Positions 26,950 through 35,284 of a stretch of DNA of 51,055 bases are shown piece after piece; position 1 is the first letter of the stretch, and every line of letters starts with the position of its first letter. The translations under genes and the position numbers were made by a program. The DNA comes from a virus. The notes beneath the pieces are model-generated. The model saw only the letters and a program-made list of their open reading frames with translations. It was not told where the DNA came from and did not search any database. The stretch is from the IMG/VR virus record IMGVR_UViG_3300000115_000001; one strand, written 5' to 3'.

Positions 26950-27303
26950 ATGAAAAAACTAATCACAATATTATCTATCCTGACTCTCTCTGTAATCCAT
27001 TCGTTTGGTGTAGCCATCTCGGCTGACGCAACCGTTGGAGACGTAGTCTATCGTTGGACTCCAGGCACCCGTGGGATCTTTGAAACCTCTGGCTCCTACG
27101 GTTCCGGAACGCTTACACTCTACCGATGGATAGGGAGTGGGACACCCACCTCCGGCTCAGGAGAATGGGTCGCCTTCGCAGGTGGAGCCTTTACCGACGA
27201 CGGTGGAGTTGAATTTGTAACCCTATCATCTTATCTAAGTGTTGGTTTGTCTGGGGCTACTACTCCGTCTATCGAATACTTTACTGCTGCAATCAAAAAC
27301 TAA
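26950..27303 (+). CDS. Small secreted protein, 117 aa
   Basis: Sec-type signal MKKLITILSILTLSVIHSFGVA, followed by a Gly/Thr-rich body. Confidence 0.6.
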   Translation: MKKLITILSILTLSVIHSFGVAISADATVGDVVYRWTPGTRGIFETSGSYGSGTLTLYRWIGSGTPTSGSGEWVAFAGGAFTDDGGVEFVTLSSYLSVGLSGATTPSIEYFTAAIKN

Positions 27304-27305
27304 AC

Positions 27306-30300
27306 ATGAAGCATCTGACCGTCCTTATATCCCTATTGCTGGGCTTAAATACTTTTGCCCAAGACAGCCTACATCGCGGAACTATCAATGGATTAGTTGG
27401 TGGGCGTTCTGGCAATGTTATATCTATTGACCCCGCTCCTCATATTCCCGAGAATCTGACAGGGACTGTGTTTGATGGACAGATCGACCTTGCTTGGGAC
27501 GGTGTAGCTGATGTCGATTTAGTCGGTTACATAGTCTTTCGATCCACCGATGGTGTTACTTACTACCCACACACGACTGGGTTCAATGTCCCTGCGGACG
27601 TAGTCACCAACATTCCGCTGGCTGGATTAATCTACAACGACACCAATACCGCAGACGCAACAACCTATTACTATCGTGTATTATCTGTAGACGCATCTGG
27701 TAAGAAGTCAGGGTTCTCCAATGAGATCACCAAGGTGGGAGCCACTTCTCCTGGTGATACGACTGCTCCTGATGCATCTGTTCTTACATCGGTTACTCCG
27801 ACAGATGTCACCGCCTCTCTGGTGTGGGCTGCATCCGCCTCAACTGACCTAGACTACTACACGGTTTACCATGACACCACATCCCCGATCACGACAGCAG
27901 ATAGCAGTGTCGATGTGGCATCTACCTCCCATGAGTTTACTGGCTTAGCAAACTCCACAGCCTATTACTATGCCGTTACGGCTACAGATATCTCAGGGAA
28001 CGAGTCAGCTCTATCAAACGAAGAGACAGCTACCACGACTGTCACCCCTGCTGCCGGAGGCGTAACGGACTACAGTTACTACAGATTTACTGCCACAGAC
28101 GACAACTACAATGGGGATGCCCGTTGGGGTCTTACAGAGATCTACGGCTATGAGTCCAATGACAATACGGGAACCAATGTTTTCGCCACTTACTATAGTG
28201 CCGCGAATGCAAGTAGTGCAACCAATGAGGACCACAAAGTATTTGATGGCAACACTGGAACCTACTGGGATTCATTCCCTAAGACCTCTGGGAACCACCA
28301 ATGGATCTATGTTCAGATGACTGGAGCCTATGGTGTGCGATCTATTACAGTTGATCCAGGACCTAACTTTGGTTTTGGCTGGATCATGAAAGCATTTGTT
28401 GTTGAGGGGTCCAATGATGGTTCCACATGGGACACACTGGAAACCTACACCCAGACCAACACCTACAGCAACCAATCCCAAACGGACCTACAGACTCCTT
28501 CGGACCCTGCTGCCACGGATTACTTCTACTACAAGTTTGAAGCCAACGCAGTAAACACCAACACCAGTGATTATCGCTGGGAGATTGCTGAGCTGGAAGG
28601 CTACGAGTCCAACGACAACACAGGGACTAATGTATTTGCTGCAAACTTCTTAGCTGCGACTGCAAGCACTGCACCGAATGAGGATCACAAAGCTTTTGAT
28701 GGCGACACTGGAACCTACTGGGATTCGTTCCCCTCCGCAGGAGTCTCTTGGATAGCTGTTCAGTTGGATACCGCTATGGGCATCCGGTCAGTAACAATTG
28801 ATCCCTTTGGGTTCAACTGGAACCCAGCGACGATCAACATCTATGGCTCGAACAACGGAACTGATTGGGATCTACTCTCTGGAGCTGATGCTCTGAGTCA
28901 GGACAATGCGGATAAGCTTATTGTTGACATCCAAACGGGAGGAGTTGATCCCCCTGTAACGGTCCCTCTGGACATTGCTAACGTAGAGGTAGGCTACCAG
29001 CACGCTTCTTTGTCGTGGGCAGATATTGGTGGAGACTGGGATGACCCAGTAATCATCCAGAGACAGACCACTGATCCTGACACAACTGCATTTACTGATC
29101 CCACTGATCTGACTAATAACCAAGCGGCAAATAACGAAGGTGCTGGCACGTTCAGGTTCCTTGGTCTAGGTGCTACGAACTATACGGACGTTACGGATCT
29201 GGCTGAGGGCACGACTTACTACTATCGTGTAGCTAAGGTCACCAACTTGAAGGCTCATTATGATAGTGCTGCTACTCCTACCTTCTCTGCTTGGAAGAGT
29301 GGGACTGTCACCACAGGGACGCTGGCTGCTTCCAAGAAGGTGACTTACGATGTGACCCAAGCGCCATACAATGCTGACAACACAGGAGCGACCAATGCCT
29401 ACACGGGCATCAAAGCTGCTTGGGATGCTGCTCTGGCTGCTGGGGGTGGAGATGTTTACCTACCCGCAGGAACTTACAAGATCTATCCCACAGACGCTTC
29501 TATATCTGATGTAGGAGGAATACCTACCTTCGACCCTGGCGACTCGATTTCGGGCACGTTGTTCCCCATTACGAGTGACAATATGCGCTTCCGTGGTGCT
29601 GGTTCCGGCTCTACCACTATAAATCTCCGTCTTTGGAATGATAATCCAGCTACTGAGTGGTTGCAGATACGTAATGCATCAGGGGATGTCATCAATATTA
29701 AACGCTACTTCATGTTCAACACACGTGACATTCAGGACTTTACTCTGGAGGCTATGACCATCAATGGTGGAGCCACCCCTGTCGATACAGGTAAGCAGTG
29801 GTATTCTCTGGACGACAAACGATATCGCTGGGATATATCTCACAAGCTAATTGCTGGTCACGACCTTACTCGTGGCAAAAATATTGTGGTTGATGATATT
29901 ATCACCAGTGACTGGAGAGGTGAAGTTTTCTACACAGGTGGAATCACAGGTAAGTATCTCATTAAGGATACCACAATTAGTCGAACTAATAGCTCTGCTA
30001 TATCCATGTCTGCATCTTGTGAACTGGTCAACGTGACCGTTAAGGATGCTTCCAATGCTGCCGTTGAGTCTGCCGCATTCACTGGGGTCATTGATTTCAA
30101 GACAGGACGTGCGTTCAATCAGAATACGATCGCTCGTGGGTGCACCTTCGATCAGTTTGACCAATCAGGAACTATGGTTGGGTTGCCTGGAGCTAAAGAT
30201 GGGTTCTGGGGTTGGCAAGTATTTAACCAGAGTGGGACCTACCAGACTCTAACGGACCATACGTGGCTCGACACAGGTGGAGCTGCCTATACGCCATGGC

Positions 30301-30731
30301 ATGATTGCTATGACGCACTGGTGTTCAACTATACGGTGACGGGCACTCATAAGACTCCTGGCTATGCTTCTATATTTGACTGGCGCACCGCTGGCACAGG
30401 GGACTTTGGGCTAGCTGGAGGTATGGAGAACAATCTCATACTTGGTGGCACAATCAATATTGACCAAAGTTATGGTAGCTGGCAGCCGTTTATGCTGAAC
30501 TACTCTGCTGGTAAGCCTGAAATCAATCGGGTCGTTACGTCCCTTGAGTTCGTTAATGCAAGTGGAAGTAACCGGACAATCAATGAGTTCTTCCTTGATA
30601 GGAATGCGCATGGCGACAGGTCTGGTTTCTTGTTTGAGGACTTCACTACATCGGGTGCCCATACGACTACGGTAATTAATCTGTATAACGGAACGAACAC
30701 CCAACCAACCTACACCAACGTATTCCCATGA
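27306..30731 (+). CDS. Large secreted multidomain protein, 1,141 aa: signal peptide, FN3 repeats, two discoidin (F5/8 type C)-like modules and a pectate-lyase-like beta-helix
   Basis: Signal peptide ...LNTFAQDS. FN3 hallmarks TTYYYRVLSVDASGKKSGFSNE, TAYYYAVTATDISGNESALSNE and TTYYYRVAKV. Duplicated NEDHK[VA]FDG[ND]TGTYWDSFP. YNADNTGATNAYTGIKAAWDAALAAGGGDVYLPAGTYKI is typical of the start of a beta-helix depolymerase. Confidence 0.7.
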   Translation: MKHLTVLISLLLGLNTFAQDSLHRGTINGLVGGRSGNVISIDPAPHIPENLTGTVFDGQIDLAWDGVADVDLVGYIVFRSTDGVTYYPHTTGFNVPADVVTNIPLAGLIYNDTNTADATTYYYRVLSVDASGKKSGFSNEITKVGATSPGDTTAPDASVLTSVTPTDVTASLVWAASASTDLDYYTVYHDTTSPITTADSSVDVASTSHEFTGLANSTAYYYAVTATDISGNESALSNEETATTTVTPAAGGVTDYSYYRFTATDDNYNGDARWGLTEIYGYESNDNTGTNVFATYYSAANASSATNEDHKVFDGNTGTYWDSFPKTSGNHQWIYVQMTGAYGVRSITVDPGPNFGFGWIMKAFVVEGSNDGSTWDTLETYTQTNTYSNQSQTDLQTPSDPAATDYFYYKFEANAVNTNTSDYRWEIAELEGYESNDNTGTNVFAANFLAATASTAPNEDHKAFDGDTGTYWDSFPSAGVSWIAVQLDTAMGIRSVTIDPFGFNWNPATINIYGSNNGTDWDLLSGADALSQDNADKLIVDIQTGGVDPPVTVPLDIANVEVGYQHASLSWADIGGDWDDPVIIQRQTTDPDTTAFTDPTDLTNNQAANNEGAGTFRFLGLGATNYTDVTDLAEGTTYYYRVAKVTNLKAHYDSAATPTFSAWKSGTVTTGTLAASKKVTYDVTQAPYNADNTGATNAYTGIKAAWDAALAAGGGDVYLPAGTYKIYPTDASISDVGGIPTFDPGDSISGTLFPITSDNMRFRGAGSGSTTINLRLWNDNPATEWLQIRNASGDVINIKRYFMFNTRDIQDFTLEAMTINGGATPVDTGKQWYSLDDKRYRWDISHKLIAGHDLTRGKNIVVDDIITSDWRGEVFYTGGITGKYLIKDTTISRTNSSAISMSASCELVNVTVKDASNAAVESAAFTGVIDFKTGRAFNQNTIARGCTFDQFDQSGTMVGLPGAKDGFWGWQVFNQSGTYQTLTDHTWLDTGGAAYTPWHDCYDALVFNYTVTGTHKTPGYASIFDWRTAGTGDFGLAGGMENNLILGGTINIDQSYGSWQPFMLNYSAGKPEINRVVTSLEFVNASGSNRTINEFFLDRNAHGDRSGFLFEDFTTSGAHTTTVINLYNGTNTQPTYTNVFP

Positions 30732-30928
30732 TAGACATACTACTACAAGTTGACACATCACAATGGAAAGAGATTTCCGATACACTCTTAGCTATAGTCG
30801 GTGATTGGTGGGCCTTTAGCTTGCCGATCCTCGCTATCTTCTTCCCCAAGGTTCGCCAGTTGACTGGTAACTTACTTGTGGCTTCGGGAACCGCATTAAC
30901 TCCCAAAAAATACAAAGATGAAAAATAG
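30728..30928 (+). CDS. Small membrane protein, 66 aa; holin candidate
   Basis: Hydrophobic segment LLAIVGDWWAFSLPILAIFF and a charged C-terminus KKYKDEK. ATGA overlap with the upstream gene. Confidence 0.4.
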   Translation: MIDILLQVDTSQWKEISDTLLAIVGDWWAFSLPILAIFFPKVRQLTGNLLVASGTALTPKKYKDEK

Positions 30929-31250
30929 ATTGATATGGCTTTTAGCCATCGCCCTTATGTTCTCCGGTTGTTCTACAACCAGTGAGATTAAAGCAGGTCA
31001 AAGTATCCTCGCTGTCCAGACCATAGTCCACAACACTATGGGAGCGTATGAAGAAGCCCTTTCTCTTGGTTACATTGACCTACGTGACAGGCTTGAAGTG
31101 CGTAGACTCTACCGACTCTATGAACTCCATGAACAGAAAGCTGTCCTTGCTTTGAGTCTATCAGCGGACCTAAGGACCACTCCTTCGCCAGAAGAACTGT
31201 CCAACATCGCTTACGAACTCACCATATTAATCACTAGCCTCATAAACTAA
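30918..31250 (+). CDS. Lipoprotein, 110 aa; spanin-like candidate
   Basis: Signal peptide with lipobox MFSGC, followed by a helical body. Confidence 0.45.
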   Translation: MKNRLIWLLAIALMFSGCSTTSEIKAGQSILAVQTIVHNTMGAYEEALSLGYIDLRDRLEVRRLYRLYELHEQKAVLALSLSADLRTTPSPEELSNIAYELTILITSLIN

Positions 31251-31486
31251 TGCCCATAGACCCAGTAACAGCCGCAATTGCGATTAAAACTTTAACTATA
31301 ACCGCGTTTCAGATCCGAGACATCTTTCGGAATGAGACACTGACACCAGAAGAAGCTGATGCTAAGTTCGCAGAGATTCTCCTGACTCTTAATACGAATC
31401 TTGGACGCAATTACGAAGACTACGACCCTAATTTGGACGAAGATATCGTAAAAGCAGGGGGACTATTAGAGATACCGAAGAAGTAG
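31250..31486 (+). CDS. Hypothetical protein, 78 aa
   Basis: TAATG-coupled ORF. No motif recognised. Confidence 0.5.
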   Translation: MPIDPVTAAIAIKTLTITAFQIRDIFRNETLTPEEADAKFAEILLTLNTNLGRNYEDYDPNLDEDIVKAGGLLEIPKK

Positions 31487-31505
31487 GACGGAGATAGGAC
31501 GGAGA
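31484..31505 (+). repeat. Tandem 11-bp direct repeat TAGGACGGAGA x2
   Basis: Read directly. The second unit supplies a GGAGA Shine-Dalgarno-like element 8 nt before the GTG at 31513. Confidence 0.8.
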
Positions 31506-31512
31506 CAGCAAT

Positions 31513-31794
31513 GTGAAAATTGATAAGACAATAACTTGGGGTAATATCGGTGCTATGGTTGTTCCAATACTAACGATAGTAGCTATTGGTGTTACTATGC
31601 GTTCCGATGTTAGGAATAATGCTGAGGACATTAAGGTGTTACAGGGATTTAATGAGAACATTGGCAGGGTCCTCACAGCTCACACCACCTCTATTGCGGT
31701 TCATGATTCTGAGATCCGTGATCTTCATTTGGATGAGCGGGACATCAAAGACCAACTAACCCGCATGGAAGAGAAAATCGACGAGCTTCGCTAA
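31513..31794 (+). CDS. N-terminally anchored coiled-coil membrane protein, 93 aa, GTG start; i-spanin/holin-like candidate
   Basis: TM segment GAMVVPILTIVAIGV followed by a charged helical region. Last gene of the rightward arm. Confidence 0.45.
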   Translation: MKIDKTITWGNIGAMVVPILTIVAIGVTMRSDVRNNAEDIKVLQGFNENIGRVLTAHTTSIAVHDSEIRDLHLDERDIKDQLTRMEEKIDELR

Positions 31795-31994
31795 TCTGAT
31801 TCAAGCCAATCGAACTTATATTCGAAGGCAGAAATTTCTCCCATGTGCCGCCGGATCTTATTGGCCGCTCGACGGTAGCGGGGTTTGTCCAGAGAGAGGA
31901 AGGCATCAGAGTAATCCTCTATCGCCTTGTCCAGCTCCACTACTTCCGTGAGCAGCTTCAGGGTCTGCTTCTGGACATCTTTAGGGAGAATCAT
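31791..31994 (-). CDS. Hypothetical protein, 67 aa; last gene of the leftward arm
   Basis: ORF coupled (4-nt overlap) to the exonuclease gene. Its stop overlaps the stop of the convergent gene. Confidence 0.55.
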   Translation of the reverse strand: MILPKDVQKQTLKLLTEVVELDKAIEDYSDAFLSLDKPRYRRAANKIRRHMGEISAFEYKFDWLESD

Positions 31995-32791
31995 TTACCA
32001 CCGTGGTGGTTCCTATTGTCGTAAGTCCACTCAAGGTAGTCTCTGTAAGTCTTATCATTGATCGTAAAATACTTACCTGTCTCCTTGTTCTTCATCTGGT
32101 GGGAAGTGGTTCCCGCAGTTGAGACTATGGTCTTCGATTTGATAACGTCCTGTGACCCTGTGTATGGGCAAGTCCATTTCTCTCCACCGTTAAGGACACC
32201 AACATGTGTCTTGGGACGATGGTAAGGTTCCAAGCGTTGCCAGACACGCTCCAAAAGTCGCACATCTTCCTTGCAATACTTGACCATGCGCTTCATGGCC
32301 TTCGGGCAATTCTCTATGCAGATGTCTTTCCATGTTTGGAATCCTCCTGTGTCTGCCTTACCCGCTCCAAACAGGAGTTTACCCAGATAATCAAGGCGAT
32401 TAGAATTAAGGTAAAAGCGACGTCGAGCAACAACCAGAGTGTCCACTGTTTTCCAAATAGGAGGAGGCTCAAGTCGATGATACAGACAACGAGCGTTAAA
32501 CCACTTAAGATCGAACTTGTCGCCATTGTGAGCCACGAGTTCATCTGCTTGATTAGCGACCTCCATGAAGGTCTGGAGTAGTTGTTTGTCATCTCCTCTG
32601 TTCCATTCGAGAGAGTGGACTTTCTTTTGTCCTTCCCACTTGTAGCAGATGCAGATGATCGCTCGCTCACTAAGAATATTCTCGGGTTGAATTGAGAGAC
32701 GATAACCAGACCTCCAGAAAAACCCAATGTTGGGTGAGGTCTCGATATCCCAGATTAGCCGTTTAATGCGCGGCTTCGCTATCTTAGACAT
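31991..32791 (-). CDS. DnaQ/PolB-exo-like 3'-5' exonuclease (RNase H fold)
   Basis: Exo I motif LIWDIETSP and Exo II-like VAHNGDKFDLKWF. Confidence 0.75.
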   Translation of the reverse strand: MSKIAKPRIKRLIWDIETSPNIGFFWRSGYRLSIQPENILSERAIICICYKWEGQKKVHSLEWNRGDDKQLLQTFMEVANQADELVAHNGDKFDLKWFNARCLYHRLEPPPIWKTVDTLVVARRRFYLNSNRLDYLGKLLFGAGKADTGGFQTWKDICIENCPKAMKRMVKYCKEDVRLLERVWQRLEPYHRPKTHVGVLNGGEKWTCPYTGSQDVIKSKTIVSTAGTTSHQMKNKETGKYFTINDKTYRDYLEWTYDNRNHHGGK

Positions 32792-32810
32792 ATAGGCAGG
32801 ATTTTGCTCG

Positions 32811-33347
32811 TTAGATTACAGTTGTCAACTCCTCAAACCGCTCAAGGAAGGCACCTTTCCAGTGTCCTGGCGAGTTATCGTAATAGTCAGGGATAATGGG
32901 GCGGAGATAGTTGCTTTGGATATGATCCCATAAGTGACTGTCTTGACAAGGAGCTAAGTATTTTAAGGACTCTGCATGAAGTAATGCCATGTCTGCCTGT
33001 TTGACGAGGGGGTCCATCTCCACAGGCACCCCAAACTTGGTGGCGATAACTGACCATATATGGGTCTCTATCGTCTTAAATTCGGGTAAAATATCCTTAA
33101 GTGGGCTATTAAGGTCACCAACGTATGCTTCAGTGGCGTCATGTAGTAGTGCCTGAAGACTGAGTTCCTGTGGAACCATCTTGGAGGCAAAGACACTGTG
33201 CTTGGCTACTGAGTAGAACTCTTTGGTGTGTCCTGTGAACCGACAGAGATTGGCCAGCGAGTGGGCAATGTCTTTGATGTCGATCATGTCGGGGGTAGGT
33301 TCGAAAAAGTCAAAGACCTTTCCTGAGTGTGTTTGTATCTTGCTCAT
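32811..33347 (-). CDS. HD-domain phosphohydrolase (YfbR-like 5'-deoxynucleotidase type)
   Basis: AHSLANLCRFTGH...YSVAKHS...LLHDATEAYVGDL gives H...HD...D metal-ligand spacing. Confidence 0.75.
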   Translation of the reverse strand: MSKIQTHSGKVFDFFEPTPDMIDIKDIAHSLANLCRFTGHTKEFYSVAKHSVFASKMVPQELSLQALLHDATEAYVGDLNSPLKDILPEFKTIETHIWSVIATKFGVPVEMDPLVKQADMALLHAESLKYLAPCQDSHLWDHIQSNYLRPIIPDYYDNSPGHWKGAFLERFEELTTVI

Positions 33348-33366
33348 TATAGTTATAATTTGAAAT

Positions 33367-33443
33367 TGGTTGCAGGGGCGAGATTCGAACTCGCGACCTT
33401 CTGGTTATGAGTCAGATGCGCTACCAGACTGCGCTACCCTGCA
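33367..33443 (-). tRNA. tRNA with anticodon CAT (Met, or Ile2 if lysidinylated), 77 nt, with encoded CCA
   Basis: Manual cloverleaf: acceptor TGCAGGG/CCCTGCA, D arm GCGC-AGTCTGGTA-GCGC, anticodon arm TCTGA-CTCATAA-CCAGA (A-C mismatch at 31-39), T arm GCGAG-TTCGAAT-CTCGC, then discriminator A and CCA. Confidence 0.85.
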
Positions 33444-33461
33444 TTAAATGTTTAGGTATAC

Positions 33462-33854
33462 CTATTTGTTGTCGAAGGAATCATCTATCAACTGCGCATA
33501 TCCGATTATATCTGTCAAGTTATCCTGTTTGTGACAGTTCACCTCACGCAGGACTTTCAAGATAATCATATAGAGTGGGTGGGAGCTAATAGTCCCAGAC
33601 TCACACTGACAAAAACCCCCCTCTTCCCAAATGATATCGTGGATCTGAGACATCTTCTCAAACTCTTCCTTGGCTGGACCGTAGTTCTCATTCTTGACCC
33701 CATGGATACCAGCAATACCCAGCTCAGTGGCTGTCTTACGCTTGGGCTTCAGCCTCTCGGCTGCTTCCTCTAGTGGGTCGTCACAGAGTGGACAGCTGTC
33801 GTCAATGTGGGGTCTGTTATGTATCAGACAGAAGTTAGGTGGTTGTTTATTCAT
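33462..33854 (-). CDS. Hypothetical protein, 130 aa; DUF6378/MazG-related-like pattern
   Basis: The pattern NENYGPAKEEFEKMSQIHD...YMIILKVLREVNCHKQDNLTDIIGYAQLI resembles a phage family recalled from memory. An N-terminal Cys pair CPLCDD is present. Confidence 0.55.
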   Translation of the reverse strand: MNKQPPNFCLIHNRPHIDDSCPLCDDPLEEAAERLKPKRKTATELGIAGIHGVKNENYGPAKEEFEKMSQIHDIIWEEGGFCQCESGTISSHPLYMIILKVLREVNCHKQDNLTDIIGYAQLIDDSFDNK

Positions 33855-35284
33855 AATAGGTCTCTCCAGTTGGTTAATACTTCGTCGGCTATGTCCTTCT
33901 TGGCCTTCAGGGCCGTCAGGATCTTCTGGTCTACTGTTCGTGGACTGTATAGGTCGACGTATGTGACGTTCTTGTCTTGTCCAATGCGGTGATTACGATC
34001 CTCGCTCTGGAGTCTTGTGTGTAGTGAATATGTATTTGAGAAGTAGATGGAGTATTGAGCAGCGGTAAGAGTAATTCCTTCAGCTCCTGTCTTGTTAGAG
34101 ACAAAAAACCTACATTCAGGATCATTCTGAAATCTGTTGATTGCTGCTGTTCGTCCCTCACGACTAGTATCCCCGAAATAATCGACGACACTTCCTGCAC
34201 CGTATTTGTCTTTAAGGTATTCGCAAACGCTGTGTATATTCTGTCTAAAGGCGCACCAGATGATTGCTTTTCCAGTAAATCCACTAACGATATCATCCAA
34301 CGCTTGAAGACGATTATTTGGTAGTTCATGTATGACGTTCTCATCATCTATCAGGAAGCCAGAGACGATCTGCTGTAGCTTCATCATTACGGTTAGGATG
34401 TTTTGGGCTGTGACCATACCCGTTGCTGACTCCTGCTCCCCCAGTCGGGCGACGTAGAGTTCTTTCATTTGTTTGTAGAGCAGCTCTTGTTCCTTGTGCA
34501 TCTGCACTTCAACTGTCTGATACAATTTCTCAGGTAGGTCCAAACACTCGGACTTGAGTATGCGGTCTGAGAATGGTTCAATAATTCGTTTAAGGTATCC
34601 GAGTTTGGTATATCCCACCACCTGATTAAATCGTTTACCAGAGTTGAGTATGATTTGTCGCTCAATTGAAAATGTATTGCGGAAAGCCGTGAAGGAAGTG
34701 AATGGAATACTACCACGGTCGAGGAACTTGCATTGCGAATAAAAATCAAGCGGGCCTTGCGTAATCGGAGTGCCTGTAAGGATGCGACGGTAGAAGGCAA
34801 GACCTCCGAGGTGAATCGCAGCTTTCGTTTGTTTCGCCCGAGGCGTTTTGATAATCGTGCTTTCATCAACTACCATCATACATCTATATTTTCTGAGGAA
34901 CTCCTCGCAAGCTTCAAATCCTGCGGCGGTCCTGATGGCCTCGATGTTAATGCAGAACCATTGGAAGTTACGGTCACAGGTCATGAAGTTATTCAGCTCA
35001 CGCTTGGCCTTCAGGCTGTTGGGTCTTCCCTTCCAGTTGTAGATACTGGGTTCTTCGTAACTGTGAGCTGGGAGTTCCTTCTCAGCCCAGTTGGTGTGAA
35101 TACCGTTAGGAGCTACGACCAGGACCGCATCGATCTCGCCCTTATCAAAGAGATAGTTGGCGTTGTCGATGACAATTTTGGTCTTCCCTGCTCCCATTTC
35201 GTGGAAGTGTCCCCAGTATTGTTTGTCCTTTGCAAGTTCAAGGGACTTAGCCTGGTGATGGAATGGTTCCGTCTTATAGTTCAT
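33851..35284 (-). CDS. SNF2-family (SF2) helicase/ATPase
   Basis: Walker A HEMGAGKTK, DExx box MVVDEST, motif VI QSEDRNHRIGQ. Confidence 0.85.
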   Translation of the reverse strand: MNYKTEPFHHQAKSLELAKDKQYWGHFHEMGAGKTKIVIDNANYLFDKGEIDAVLVVAPNGIHTNWAEKELPAHSYEEPSIYNWKGRPNSLKAKRELNNFMTCDRNFQWFCINIEAIRTAAGFEACEEFLRKYRCMMVVDESTIIKTPRAKQTKAAIHLGGLAFYRRILTGTPITQGPLDFYSQCKFLDRGSIPFTSFTAFRNTFSIERQIILNSGKRFNQVVGYTKLGYLKRIIEPFSDRILKSECLDLPEKLYQTVEVQMHKEQELLYKQMKELYVARLGEQESATGMVTAQNILTVMMKLQQIVSGFLIDDENVIHELPNNRLQALDDIVSGFTGKAIIWCAFRQNIHSVCEYLKDKYGAGSVVDYFGDTSREGRTAAINRFQNDPECRFFVSNKTGAEGITLTAAQYSIYFSNTYSLHTRLQSEDRNHRIGQDKNVTYVDLYSPRTVDQKILTALKAKKDIADEVLTNWRDLL

